DNA of 64,000 bases from the NCBI GenBank assembly GCA_030390025.1, contig CM059433.1, forward strand, positions 7,876,001-7,940,000, in the 5' to 3' direction. The stretch's first letter is position 1. Each line of letters opens with the position of its first letter. The notes under the pieces are model-generated. The model was not told where the DNA came from. It saw nothing but the letters and a program-made list of their open reading frames with translations, and did not search any database. This stretch comes from Squalus acanthias. Taxonomy: Eukaryota. The translations under genes were made by a program, and so were the position numbers. This document shows, one piece after another, positions 1-15,000 of the stretch.

Positions 1-3000
1 AGGACACTCAGTGTGAAGGGTGTTCATTCCACAGGACACTCACTGTGAAGGGTGTTCATTCCACAGGACACTCACTGTGAAGGTGTTCATTCCACAGGAC
101 ACTCAGTGTGAAGGGTGTTCATTCCACAGGACACTCAGTGTGAAGGGTGTTCATTCCACAGGACACTCAGTGTGAAGGGTGTTCATTCCACAGGACACTC
201 AGTGTGAAGGGTGTTCATTCCACAGGACACTCAGTGTGAAGGGTGTTCATTCCACAGGACACTCAGTGTGAAGGGTGTTCATTCCACAGGACACTCACTG
301 TGAAGGGTGTTCATTCCACAGGACACTCACTGTGAAGGTGTTAATTCCACAGGACACTCACTGTGAAGGGTGTTCATTCCACAGGACACTCAGTGTGAAG
401 GGTATTCATTCCACAGGACACTCAGTGTGAAGGGTGTTCATTCCACAGGACACTCAGTGTGAAGGGTGTTCATTCCACAGGACACTCAGTGTGAAGGGTG
501 TTCATTCCACAGGACACTCACTGTGAAGGGTGTTCATTCCACAGGACACTCAGTGTGAAGGGTGTTCATTCCACAGGACACTCAGTGTGAAGGGTGTTCA
601 TTCCACAGGACACTCAGTGTGAAGGGTGTTCATTCCACAGGACACTCAGTGTGAAGGGTGTTCATTCCACAGGACACTCAGTGTGAAGGGTGTTCATTCC
701 ACAGGACACTCAGTGTGAAGGGTGTTCATTCCACAGGACACTCAGTGTGAAGGGTGTTCATTCCACAGGACACTCAGTGTGAAGGGTGTTCATTCCACAG
801 GACACTCAGTGTGAAGGGTGTTCATTCCACAGGACACTCAGTGTGAAGGGTGTTCATTCCACAGGACACTCAGTGTGAAGGGTGTTCATTCCACAGGACA
901 CTCAGTGTGAAGGGTGTTCATTCCACAGGACACTCAGTGTGAAGGGTGTTCATTCCACAGGACACTCAGTGTGAAGGGTGTTCATTCCACAGGACACTCA
1001 GTGTGAAGGGTGTTCATTCCACAGGACACTCAGTGTGAAGGGTGTTCATTCCACAGGACACTCAGTGTGAAGGGTGTTCATTCCACAGGACACTCAGTGT
1101 GAAGGGTGTTCATTCCACAGGACACTCAGTGTGAAGGGTGTTCATTCCACAGGACACTCAGTGTGAAGGGTGTTCATTCCACAGGACACTCAGTGTGAAG
1201 GGTGTTCATTCCACAGGACACTCAGTGTGAAGGGTGTTCATTCCACAGGACACTCAGTGTGAAGGGTGTTCATTCCACAGGACACTCAGTGTGAAGGGTG
1301 TTCATTCCACAGGACACTCAGTGTGAAGGGTGTTCATTCCACAGGACACTCAGTGTGAAGGGTGTTCATTCCACAGGACACTCAGTGTGAAGGGTGTTCA
1401 TTCCACAGGACACTCAGTGTGAAGGGTGTTCATTCCACAGGACACTCACTGTGAAGGGTGTTCATTCCACAGGACACTCAGTGTGAAGGGTGTTCATTCC
1501 ACAGGACACTCACTGTGAAGGGTGTTCATTCCACAGGACACTCAGTGTGAAGGGTGTTCATTCCACAGGACACTCACTGTGAAGGGTGTTCATTCCACAG
1601 GACACTCAGTGTGAAGGGTGTTCATTCCACAGGACACTCAGTGTGAAGGGTGTTCATTCCACAGGACACTCAGTGTGAAGGGTGTTCATTCCACAGGACA
1701 CTCAGTGTGAAGGGTGTTCATTCCACAGGACACTCAGTGTGAAGGGTGTTCATTCCACAGGACACTCAGTGTGAAGGGTGTTCATTCCACAGGACACTCA
1801 TGTGAAGGGTGTTCATTCCACAGGACACTCACTGTGAAGGTGTTCATTCCACAGGACACTCAGTGTGAAGGGTGTTCATTCCACAGGACACTCAGTGTGA
1901 AGGGTGTTCATTCCACAGGACACTCACTGTGAAGGTGTTCATTCCACAGGACACTCACTGTGAAGGGTGTTCATTCCACAGGACACTCAGTGTGAAGGGT
2001 GTTCATTCCACAGGACACTCAGTGTGAAGGGTGTTCATTCCACAGGACACTCAGTGTGAAGGGTGTTCATTCCACAGGACACTCAGTGTGAAGGGTGTTC
2101 ATTCCACAGGACACTCAGTGTGAAGGGTGTTCATTCCACAGGACACTCAGTGTGAAGGGTGTTCATTCCACAGGACACTCAGTGTGAAGGGTGTTCATTC
2201 CACAGGACACTCAGTGTGAAGGGTGTTCATTCCACAGGACACTCAGTGTGAAGGGTGTTCATTCCACAGGACACTCAGCTGTGAAGGGTGTTCATTCCAC
2301 AGGACACTCAGTGTGAAGGGTGTTCATTCCACAGGACACTCAGTGTGAAGGGTGTTCATTCCACAGGACACTCAGTGTGAAGGGTGTTCATTCCACAGGA
2401 CACTCAGTGTGAAGGGTGTTCATTCCACAGGACACTCAGTGTGAAGGGTGTTCATTCCACAGGACACTCAGTGTGAAGGGTGTTCATTCCACAGGACACT
2501 CAGTGTGAAGGGTGTTCATTCCACAGGACACTCAGTGTGAAGGGTGTTCATTCCACAGGACACTCAGTGTGAAGGGTGTTCATTCCACAGGACACTCAGT
2601 GTGAAGGGTGTTCATTCCACAGGACACTCAGTGTGAAGGGTGTTCATTCCACAGGACACTCAGTGTGAAGGGTGTTCATTCCACAGGACACTCAGTGTGA
2701 AGGGTGTTCATTCCACAGGACACTCAGCTGTGAAGGGTGTTCATTCCACAGGACACTCAGTGTGAAGGGTGTTCATTCCACAGGACACTCAGTGTGAAGG
2801 GTGTTCATTCCACAGGACACTCAGTGTGAAGGGTGTTCATTCCACAGGACACTCAGTGTGAAGGGTGTTCATTCCACAGGACACTCAGTGTGAAGGGTGT
2901 TCATTCCACAGGACACTCAGTGTGAAGGGTGTTCATTCCACAGGACACTCAGTGTGAAGGGTGTTCATTCCACAGGACACTCAGTGTGAAGGGTGTTCAT

Positions 3001-6000
3001 TCCACAGGACACTCAGTGTGAAGGTGTTCATTCCACAGGACACTCAGTGTGAAGGGTGTTCATTCCACAGGACACTCAGTGTGAAGGGTGTTCATTCCAC
3101 AGGACACTCAGTGTGAAGGGTGTTCATTCCACAGGACACTCAGTGTGAAGGGTGTTCATTCCACAGGACACTCAGTGTGAAGGGTGTTCATTCCACAGGA
3201 CACTCAGTGTGAAGGGTGTTCATTCCACAGGACACTCAGTGTGAAGGGTGTTCATTCCACAGGACACTCAGTGTGAAGGGTGTTCATTCCACAGGACACT
3301 CAGTGTGAAGGGTGTTCATTCCACAGGACACTCAGTGTGAAGGGTGTTCATTCCACAGGACACTCAGTGTGAAGGGTGTTCATTCCACAGGACACTCAGT
3401 GTGAAGGGTGTTCATTCCACAGGACACTCAGTGTGAAGGGTGTTCATTCCACAGGACACTCAGTGTGAAGGGTGTTCATTCCACAGGACACTCAGTGTGA
3501 AGGGTGTTCATTCCACAGGACACTCAGTGTGAAGGGTGTTCATTCCACAGGACACTCAGTGTGAAGGGTGTTCATTCCACAGGACACTCAGTGTGAAGGG
3601 TGTTCATTCCACAGGACACTCATGTGAAGGGTGTTCATTCCACAGGACACTCAGTGTGAAGGGTGTTCATTCCACAGGACACTCAGTGTGAAGGGTGTTC
3701 ATTCCACAGGACACTCAGTGTGAAGGGTGTTCATTCCACAGGACACTCAGTGTGAAGGGTGTTCATTCCACAGGACACTCAGTGTGAAGGGTGTTCATTC
3801 CACAGGACACTCAGTGTGAAGGGTGTTCATTCCACAGGACACTCAGTGTGAAGGGTGTTCATTCCACAGGACACTCACTGTGAAGGGTGTTCATTCCACA
3901 GGACACTCAGTGTGAAGGGTGTTCATTCCACAGGACACTCAGTGTGAAGGGTGTTCATTCCACAGGACACTCAGTGTGAAGGGTGTTCATTCCACAGGAC
4001 ACTCAGTGTGAAGGGTGTTCATTCCACAGGACACTCAGTGTGAAGGGTGTTCATTCCACAGGACACTCAGTGTGAAGGGTGTTCATTCCACAGGACACTC
4101 AGTGTGAAGGGTGTTCATTCCACAGGACACTCAGTGTGAAGGGTGTTCATTCACAGGACACTCAGTGTGAAGGGTGTTCATTCCACAGGACACTCAGTGT
4201 GAAGGGTGTTCATTCCACAGGACACTCAGTGTGAAGGGTGTTCATTCCACAGGACACTCAGTGTGAAGGGTGTTCATTCCACAGGACACTCAGTGTGAAG
4301 GGTGTTCATTCCACAGGACACTCAGTGTGAAGGGTGTTCATTCCACAGGACACTCAGTGTGAAGGGTGTTCATTCCACAGGACACTCAGTGTGAAGGGTG
4401 TTCATTCCACAGGACACTCAGTGTGAAGGGTGTTCATTCCACAGGACACTCAGTGTGAAGGGTGTTCATTCCACAGGACACTCAGTGTGAAGGGTGTTCA
4501 TTCCACAGGACACTCAGTGTGAAGGGTGTTCATTCCACAGGACACTCAGTGTGAAGGGTGTTCATTCCACAGGACACTCAGTGTGAAGGGTGTTCATTCC
4601 ACAGGACACTCAGTGTGAAGGGTGTTCATTCCACAGGACACTCAGTGTGAAGGGTGTTCATTCCACAGGACACTCAGTGTGAAGGGTGTTCATTCCACAG
4701 GACACTCAGTGTGAAGGGTGTTCATTCCACAGGACACTCAGTGTGAAGGGTGTTCATTCCACAGGACACTCAGTGTGAAGGGTGTTCATTCCACAGGACA
4801 CTCAGTGTGAAGGGTGTTCATTCCACAGGACACTCAGTGTGAAGGGTGTTCATTCCACAGGACACTCAGTGTGAAGGGTGTTCATTCCACAGGACACTCA
4901 GTGTGAAGGGTGTTCATTCCACAGGACACTCAGTGTGAAGGGTGTTCATTCCACAGGACACTCAGTGTGAAGGGTGTTCATTCCACAGGACACTCACTGT
5001 GAAGGGTGTTCATTCCACAGGACACTCAGTGTGAAGGGTGTTCATTCCACAGGACACTCAGTGTGAAGGGTGTTCATTCCACAGGACACTCAGTGTGAAG
5101 GGTGTTCATTCCACAGGACACTCAGTGTGAAGGGTGTTCATTCCACAGGACACTCAGTGTGAAGGGTGTTCATTCCACAGGACACTCAGTGTGAAGGGTG
5201 TTCATTCCACAGGACACTCAGTGTGAAGGGTGTTCATTCCACAGGACACTCACTGTGAAGGGTGTTCATTCCACAGGACACTCACTGTGAAGGGTGTTCA
5301 TTCCACAGGACACTCAGTGTGAAGGGTGTTCATTCCACAGGACACTCAGTGAGAAGGGTGTTCATTCCACAGGACACTCAGTGTGAAGGTGTTCATTCCA
5401 CAGGACACTCAGTGTGAAGGGTGTTCATTCCACAGGACACTCAGTGTGAAGGGTGTTCATTCCACAGGACACTCACTGTGAAGGGTGTTCATTCCACAGG
5501 ACACTCAGTGTGAAGGGTGTTCATTCCACAGGACACTCAGTGTGAAGGGTGTTCATTCCACAGGACACTCAGTGTGAAGGGTGCTCATTCCACAGGACAC
5601 TCAGTGTGAAGGGTGTTCATTCACAGGACACTCACTGTGAAGGGTGTTCATTCCACAGGACACTCAGTGTGAAGGGTGTTCATTCACAGGACACTCAGTG
5701 TGAAGGGTGTTCATTCCACAGGACACTCAGTGTGAAGGGTGTTCATTCCACAGGACACTCAGTGTGAAGGGTGTTCATTCCACAGGACACTCACTGTGAA
5801 GGGTGTTCATTCCACAGGACACTCAGTGTGAAGGGTGTTCATTCCACAGGACACTCAGTGTGAGGGTGTTCATTCCACAGGACACTCAGTGTGAAGGGTG
5901 TTCATTCCACAGGACACTCAGTGTGAAGGGTGTTCATTCCACAGGACACTCAGTGTGAAGGGTGTTCATTCCACAGGACACTCAGTGTGAAGGGTGTTCA

Positions 6001-9000
6001 TTCCACAGGACACTCAGTGTGAAGGGTGTTCATTCCACAGGACACTCAGTGTGAAGGGTGTTCATTCCACAGGACACTCAGTGTGAAGGGTGTTCATTCC
6101 ACAGGACACTCAGTGTGAAGGGTGTTCATTCCACAGGACACTCACTGTGAAGGGTTTTCATTCCACAGGACACTCACTGTGAAGGGTGTTCATTCCACAG
6201 GACACTCACTGTGAAGGGTGTTCATTCCACAGGACACTCAGTGTGAAGGGTGTTCATTCCACAGGACACTCACTGAGAAGGGTGTTCATTCCACAGGACA
6301 CTCAGTGTGAAGGGTGTTCATTCACAGGACACTCAGTGTGAAGGGTGTTCATTCCACAGGACACTCAGTGTGAAGGGTGTTCATTCCACAGGACACTCAC
6401 TGTGAAGGGTGTTCATTCCACAGGACACTCACTGTGAAGGGTGTTCATTCCACAGGACACTCAGCTGTGAAGGGTGTTCATTCCACAGGACACTCAGTGT
6501 GAAGGGTGTTCATTCCACAGGACACTCAGTGTGAAGGGTGTTCATTCACAGGACACTCAGTGTGAAGGGTGTTCATTCCACAGGACACTCAGTGTGAAGG
6601 GTTTCATTCCACAGGACACTCAGTGTGAAGGGTGTTCATTCCACAGGACACTCAGTGTGAAGGGTGTTCATTCCACAGGACACTCAGTGTGAAGGGTGTT
6701 CATTCCACAGGACACTCAGTGTGAAGGGTGTTCATTCCACAGGACACTCAGTGTGAAGGGTGTTCATTCCACAGGACACTCACTGTGAAGGGTGTTCATT
6801 CCACAGGACACTCAGTGTGAAGGGTGTTCATTCCACAGGACACTCAGTGTGAAGGGTGTTCATTCCACAGGACACTCAGTGTGAAGGGTGTTCATTCCAC
6901 AGGACACTCAGTGTGAAGGGTGTTCATTCCACAGGACACTCAGTGTGAAGGGTGTTCATTCCACAGGACACTCAGTGTGAAGGGTGTTCATTCCACAGGA
7001 CACTCAGTGTGAAGGGTTTCATTCCACAGGACACTCACTGTGAAGGGTGTCATTCCACAGGACACTCACTGTGAAGGGTGTTCATTCCACAGGACACTCA
7101 GTGTGAAGGGTGTTCATTCCACAGGACACTCAGTGTGAAGGGTGTTCATTCCACAGGACACTCAGTGTGAAGGGTGTTCATTCCACAGGACACTCAGTGT
7201 GAAGGGTGTTCATTCCACAGGACACTCATGTGAAGGGTGTTCATTCCACAGGACACTCAGTGTGAAGGGTGTTCATTCCACAGGACACTCAGTGTGAAGG
7301 GTGTTCATTCCACAGGACACTCAGTGTGAAGGGTGTTCATTCCACAGGACACTCAGTGTGAAGGGTGTTCATTCCACAGGACACTCAGTGTGAAGGGTGT
7401 TCATTCCACAGGACACTCACTGTGAGGTGTTCATTCCACAGGACACTCAGTGTGGAGGGTGTTCATTACATGGACACTCAGTGCGACGGGTTTTCATTCC
7501 ACAGACACTCAGTGTGTGAAGGGTGTTCATTCCACAGGACACTCAGTGTGAAGGTGTTCATTCCACAGGACACTCAGTGTGAAGGGTGTTCATTCCACAG
7601 ACACTCAGTGTGAAGGGTGTTCATTCCACAGGACACTCAGTGTGAAGGGTGTTCATTCCACAGGACACTCAGTGTGAAGGGTGTTCATTCCACAGGACAC
7701 TCAGTGTGAAGGGTGTTCATTCCACAGGACACTCAGTGTGAAGGGTGTTCATTTCCACAGGACACTCAGTGTGAAGGTTTTCATTCCACAGGACACTCAG
7801 TGTGAAGGGTGTTCATTCCACAGGACACTCAGTGTGAAGGGTGTTCATTCACAGGACACTCAGTGTGAAGGGTGTTCATTCCACAGGACACTCGATGTGA
7901 AGGGTGTTCATTCCACAGGACACTCAGTGTGAAGGGTGTTCATTCCACAGGACACTCACTGTGAAGGGTGTTCATTCCACAGGACACTCAGCTGTGAAGG
8001 GTGTTCATTCCACAGGACACTCAGTGTGAAGGGTGTTCATTCCACAGGACACTCAGTGTGAAGGGTGTTCATTCCACAGGACACTCAGTGTGAAGGGTGT
8101 TCATTCCACAGGACACTCAGTGTGAAGGGTGTTCATTCCACAGGACACTCAGGTGAAGGGTGTTCATTCCACAGGACACTCAGTGTGAAGGGTGTTCATT
8201 CCACAGGACACTCACTGTGAAGGGTGTTCATTCCACAGGACACTCACTGTGAAGGTGTTCATTCCACAGGACACTCAGTGTGAAGGGTGTTCATTCCACA
8301 GGACACTCAGTGTGAAGGGTGTTCATTCCACAGGACACTCAGTGTGAAGGGTGTTCATTCCACAGGACACTCAGTGTGAAGGGTGTTCATTCCACAGGAC
8401 ACTCAGTGTGAAGGGTGTTCATTCCACAGGACACTCAGTGTGAAGGGTGTTCATTCCACAGGACACTCAGTGTGAAGGGTGTTCATTCCACAGGACACTC
8501 AGTGTGAAGGGTGTTCATTCCACAGGACACTCAGTGTGAAGGGTGTTCATTCCACAGGACACTCNNNNNNNNNNNNNNNNNNNNNNNNNNNNNNNNNNNN
8601 NNNNNNNNNNNNNNNNNNNNNNNNNNNNNNNNNNNNNNNNNNNNNNNNNNNNNNNNNNNNNNNNNNNNNNNNNNNNNNNNNNNNNNNNNNNNNNNNNNNN
8701 NNNNNNNNNNNNNNNNNNNNNNNNNNNNNNNNNNNNNNNNNNNNNNNNNNNNNNNNNNNNNNNNTGTGAAGGGTGTTCATTCCACAGGACACTCAGTGTG
8801 AAGGGTGTTCATTCCACAGTATACTCACTGTGAAGGGTGTTCATTCAACAGGACACTCAGCGTGAAGGGTGTTCATTCCACAGGACTCTCACTGTGAAGG
8901 GTGTTCATTCCACTGGAGACTCAGTGTGAAGGGTGTTCATTCCACAGGACATTCAGTGTGAAGGGTGTTCATTCCACAGGACACTCAGTGTGAAGGGTTT

Positions 9001-12000
9001 CATTCCACAGGACACTCACTGTGAAGGGTGTTTCATTCCACAGGGACACTCAGTGTGAAGGGTGTTCATTCCACAGGACACTCAGTGTGAAGGGTGTTCA
9101 TTCCACAGGACACTTAGTGTGAAGGGTGTTCATTCCACAGGACACTCAGTGTGAAGGGTGTTCATTCCACTGGATACTCAGTGTGAAGGGTGCTCATTCC
9201 ACAGGACACTCAGTGTGAAGGGTGTTCATTCCACAGGACACTCACTGTGAAGGGTGCTCATTCCACAGGACACTCAGTGTGAAGGGTGTTCATTCCACAG
9301 GACACTCAGTGTGAAGGGTGTTCATTCCACAGGACACTCACTGTGAAGGGTGTTCATTCCACTGGATACTCAGTGTGAAGGGTGTTCATTCCACAGGACA
9401 CTCAGTGTGAAGGGTGTTCATTCACAGGACACTCAGGTGTGAAGGGTGTTCATTCCACAGGACACTCACTGTGAAGGGTGTTCATTCCACTGGATACTCA
9501 GTGTGGAAGGGTGTTCATTCCACAGGACACTCACTGTGAAGGGTGTTCATTCCACAGGACACTCAGTATGAAGGGTGTTCCTTCCACAGGACACTCAGTG
9601 TGAAGTGTCATCATTCCACAGGACACTCAGTGTGAAGGGTGTTCATTCCACAGGACACTCACTGTGAAGGGTGTTCATTCCACAGGACACTCAGTGTGAA
9701 GGGTGTTCATTCCACAGGACACTCACTGTGAAGGGTGCTCATTCCACAGGACACTCAGTGTGAAGTGTCATCATTCCACAGGACACTCACTGTGAAGGGT
9801 GTTCATTCCACAGGACACTCAGTGTGAAGTGTCATCATTCCACAGGACACTCAGTGTGAAGGTGTTCATTCCACAGGACACTCAGTGTGAAGGGTGTTCA
9901 TTCACAGGACACTCACTGTGAAGGGTGCTCATTCCACAGGACACTCAGTGTGAATGGTGTTCATTCCACAGGACACTCAGTGTGAAGGGTGTTCATTCCA
10001 CAGGACACTCACTGTGAAGGGTTGTTCATTCCACTGGATACTCAGTGTGAAGGGTGTTCATTCCACAGGACACTCACTGTGAAGGGTGTTCATTCCACAG
10101 GACACTCAGTATGAAGGGTGTTCATTCCACAGGACACTCAGTGTGAAGTGTCATCATTCCACAGGACACTCAGTGTGAAGGGTGTTCATTCCACAGGACA
10201 CTCACTGTGAAGGGTGTTCATTCCACAGGACACTCAGTGTGAAGTGTCATCATTCCACAGGACACTCAGTGTGAAGGGTGTTCATTCCACAGGACACTCA
10301 GTGTGAAGGGTGTTCATTCCACAGGACACTCACTGTGAAGGGTGCTCATTCCACAGGACACTCAGTGTGAAGGGTGTTCATTCCACAGGACACTCAGTGT
10401 GAAGGGTGTTCATTCCACAGGACACTCACTGTGAAGGGTGTTCATTCCACTGGACACTCAGTGTGAAGGGTGTTCATTCCACAGGACACTCACTGTGAAG
10501 GGTGCTCATTCCACAGGACACTCAGTGTGAAGGGTTTTCATTCCACAGGACACTCAGCGTGAAGGGTGTTCATTCCACAGGACACTCAGTGTGAAGGTTG
10601 TTCATTCCACAGGACACTCACTGAAAAGGGTGTTCATTCCACAGGACACTCACTGTGAAGTGTGTTCATTCCACAGGACACTCACTGAAAAGTGTGTTCA
10701 TTCCACAGGACACTCACTGTGAAGGGTGTTCATTCCACAGGATACTCACTGTGAAGGGTGTTCATTCCACAGACACTCAGTGTGAAGGGTGTTTCATTCC
10801 ACAGTATACTCACTGTGAAGGGTGTTCATTCAACAGGACACTCAGCGTGAAGGGTGTTCATTCCACAGGACTCTCACTGTGAAGGGTGTTCATTCCACTG
10901 GAGACTCAGTGTGAAGGGTGTTCATTCCACAGGACATTCAGTGTGAAGGGTGTTCATTCCACAGGACACTCACTGTGAAGGGTGTTCATTCCACAGGACA
11001 CTCACTGTGAACGGTGTTCATTCCACAGGACACTCAGTGTGAAGGGTGTTCATTCCACAGGACACTCAGTGTGAAGCGTGTTCATTCCACAGGACGCTCA
11101 CTGTGAAGGGTTTTCATTCCACAGGACACTCAGCGTGAAGGGTGTTCATTCCACAGGACACTCAGTGTGAAGGTTGTTCATTCCACAGGACACTCACTGA
11201 AAAGGGTGTTCATTCCACAGGACACTCACTGTGAAGTGTGTTCATTCCACAGGACACTCACTGAAAAGTGTGTTCATTCCACAGGACACTCACTGTGAAG
11301 GGTGTTCATTCCACAGGATACTCACTGTGAAGGGTGTTCATTCCACAGGACACTCAGTGTGAAGGGTGTTCATTCCACAGTATACTCACTGTGAAGGGTG
11401 TTCATTCAACAGGACACTCAGCGTGAAGGGTGTTCATTCCACAGGACTCTCACTGTGAAGGGTGTTCATTCCACTGGAGACTCAGTGTGAAGGGTGTTCA
11501 TTCCACAGGACATTCAGTGTGAAGGGTGTTCATTCCACAGGACACTCACTGTGAAGGGTGTTCATTCCACAGGACACTCACTGTGAACGGTGTTCATTCC
11601 ACAGGACACTCAGTGTGAAGGGTGTTCATTCCACAGGACACTCAGTGTGAAGCGTGTTCATTCCACAGGACGCTCACTGTGAAGGGTGTTCATTCCACAG
11701 GACACTTAGTGTGAAGGGTGTTCATTCCACAGGACACTCAGTGTGAAGGGTGTTCATTCCACAGGACACTTAGTGTGAAGGGTGTTCATTCCACAGGACA
11801 CTCAGTGTGAAGGGTGTTCATTCCACTGGATACTCAGTGTGAAGGGTGCTCATTCCACAGGACACTCAGTGTGAAGGGTGTTCATTCCACAGGACACTCA
11901 CTGTGAAGGGTGCTCATTCCACAGGACACTCAGTGTGAAGTGTCATCATTCCACAGGACACTCACTGTGAAGGGTGTTCATTCCACAGGACACTCAGTGT

Positions 12001-15000
12001 GAAGTGTCATCATTCCACAGGACACTCAGTGTGAAGGGTGTTCATTCCACAGGACACTCAGTGTGAAGGGTGTTCATTCCACAGGACACTCAGTGTGAAG
12101 CGTGTTCATTCCACAGGACGCTCACTGTGAAGGGTGTTCATTCCACAGGACACTTAGTGTGAAGGGTGTTCATTCCACAGGACACTCAGTGTGAAGGGTG
12201 TTCATTCCACAGGAAACTTAGTGTGAAGGGTGTTCATTCCACAGGACACTCAGTGTGAAGGGTGTTCATTCCACTGGATACTCAGTGTGAAGGGTGCTCA
12301 TTCCACAGGACACTCAGTGTGAAGGGTGTTCATTCCACAGGACACTCACTGTGAAGGGTGCTCATTCCACAGGACACTCAGTGTGAAGTGTCATCATTCC
12401 ACAGGACACTCACTGTGAAGGGTGTTCATTCCACAGGACACTCAGTGTGAAGTGTCATCATTCCACAGGACACTCAGTGTGAAGGGTGTTCATTCCACAG
12501 GACACTCAGTGTGAAGGGTGTTCATTCCACAGGACACTCACTGTGAAGGGTGCTCATTCCACAGGACACTCAGTGTGAAGGGTGTTCATTCCACAGGACA
12601 CTCAGTGTGAAGGGCGTTCATTCCACAGGACACTCACTGTGAAGGGTGTTCATTCCACTGGATACTCAGTGTGAAGGGTGTTCATTCCACAGGACACTCA
12701 CTGTGAAGGGTGTTCATTCCACAGGACACTCAGTATGAAGGGTGTTCATTCCACAGGACACTCAGTGTGAAGTGTCATCATTCCACAGGACACTCAGTGT
12801 GAAGGGTGTTCATTCCACAGGACACTCACTGTGAAGGGTGTTCATTCCACAGGACACTCAGTGTGAAGGGTGTTCATTCCACAGGACACTCAGTGTGAAG
12901 GGTCATCATTCCACAGGACACTCAGTGTGAAGGGTGTTCATTCCACAGGACACTCACTGTGAAGGGTGTTCATTCCACAGGACACTCAGTGTGAAGGGTG
13001 TTCATTCCACAGGACACTCACTGTGAAGGGTGTTCATTCCACAGGACACTCACTGAAAAGGGTGTTCATTCCACAGGACACTCACTGTGAAGCGTGTTCA
13101 TTCCACAGGACATTCACTGTGAAGGGTGTTCATTCCACAGGACACTCAGTGTGAGGGTGTTCATCCACAGGACATCAGTGTGAAGTGTGTTCATTCCACA
13201 GGACACTCAGTGTGAAGGGTGCTCATTCCAAAGGACACTCAGTGTGAAGTGTGTTCATTCCACAGGACACTCAGTGTGAAGGGTGTTCATTCCAAAGGAC
13301 ACTCAGTGTGAGGGTGTTCATTCCCCCAGGACACTCAGTGTGAAGGGTTTTTATTCCACAGGACACTCAGTGTGAAGGGTGTTCGTTCCAAAGGACACTC
13401 AGTGTGAAGGGTCATCATTCCACAGGACACTCAGTGTGAAAGGTGTTCATTCCACAGGACACTCACTGTGAAGGGTGCTCATTCCACAGGACACTCAGTG
13501 TGAAGGGTTTTCATTCCACAGGACACTCAGCGTGAAGGGTGTTCTTTCCACAGGACACTCAGTGTGAAGGTTGTTCATCCACAGGACATCACTGAAAAGG
13601 GTCTTCATTCCACAGGACACTCACTGTGAAGCCTGTTCATTCCACAGGACACTCACTGTGAAGGGTGTTCATTCCACAGGACACTCACTGTGAAGGGTGT
13701 TCATTCCACAGACACTCACTGTGAAGGGTGTTCATTCCCACAGGACACTCAGTGTGAAGGGTGTTCATTCCACAGACACTCACTGTGAAGGTGGTTCCAT
13801 TCCACAGGACACTCAGCGTGAAGGGTGGTTCATTCCACAGGACACTCTGTGAAAGGGTGTTCATTTCCACAGGACACTCACTGTGAAGGTGTTCATTCCA
13901 CAGGACATTCAGTGTGAAGGGTGTTCATTTCCACAGGACACTCAGTGTGAAGGGTGGTTCATTCCACAGGACACTCACTTGAAAGGGTGTTCATTCCACA
14001 GGACACTCAGTGTGAAGGGTGTTCATTCCACAGGACACTCAGTGTGAAGGGTGTTCATTCACAGGACACTCACTGTGAAGGGTGTTCATTCCACAGGACA
14101 CTCAGTGTGAAGGGTGTTCATTCCACAGGACACTCAGTGTGAAGGGTGCTCATTCCACAGGACACTCAGTGTGAAGGGTGTTCATTCCACAGGACACTCA
14201 GTGTGAAGGGTGTTCATTCCACAGGACACTCAGTGTGAAGGGTGTTCATTCCACAGGACACTCAGTGTGAAGGGTGTTCATTCCACAGGACACTCACTGT
14301 GAAGGGTGTTCATTCCACAGGACACTCAGTGTGGGTGTCATTCCACAGGACACTCAGTGTGAAGGGTGTTCATTCCACAGGACACTCAGTGTGAAGGGTG
14401 TTCATTCACAGGACACTCAGTGTGAAGGGTGTTCATTCCACAGGACACTCAGTGTGAAGGGTGTTCATTCCACAGGACACTCACTGTGAAGGGTGTTCAT
14501 TCCACAGGACACTCAGTGTGAAGGTGTTCATTCCACAGGACACTCAGTGTGAAGGGTGTTCATTCCACAGGACACTCACTGTGAAGGGTGTTCATTCCAC
14601 AGGACACTCAGTGTGAAGGGTGTTCATTCCACAGGACACTCACTGTGAAGGGTGTTCATTCCACAGGACACTCAGTGTGAAGGGTGTTCATTCCAGGACA
14701 CTCAGTGTGAAGTGTTCATTCCACAGGACACTCAGTGTGAAGGGTGTTCATTCCACAGGACACTCACTGTGAAGGTGTTCATTCCACAGGACACTCAGTG
14801 TGAAGGGTGTTCATTCCACAGGACACTCAGTGTGAAGGGTGTTCATTCCACAGGACACTCAGTGTGAAGGGTGTTCATTCCACAGGACACTCAGTGTGAA
14901 GGGTGTTCATTCCACAGGACACTCAGTGTGAAGGGTGTTCATTCCACAGGACACTCAGTGTGAAGGGTGTTCATTCCACAGGACACTCACTGTGAAGGGT

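Noticed and set aside
8479..8833. ORFs spanning the X-run
   Set aside because: Artefact of translating the 200-N gap.
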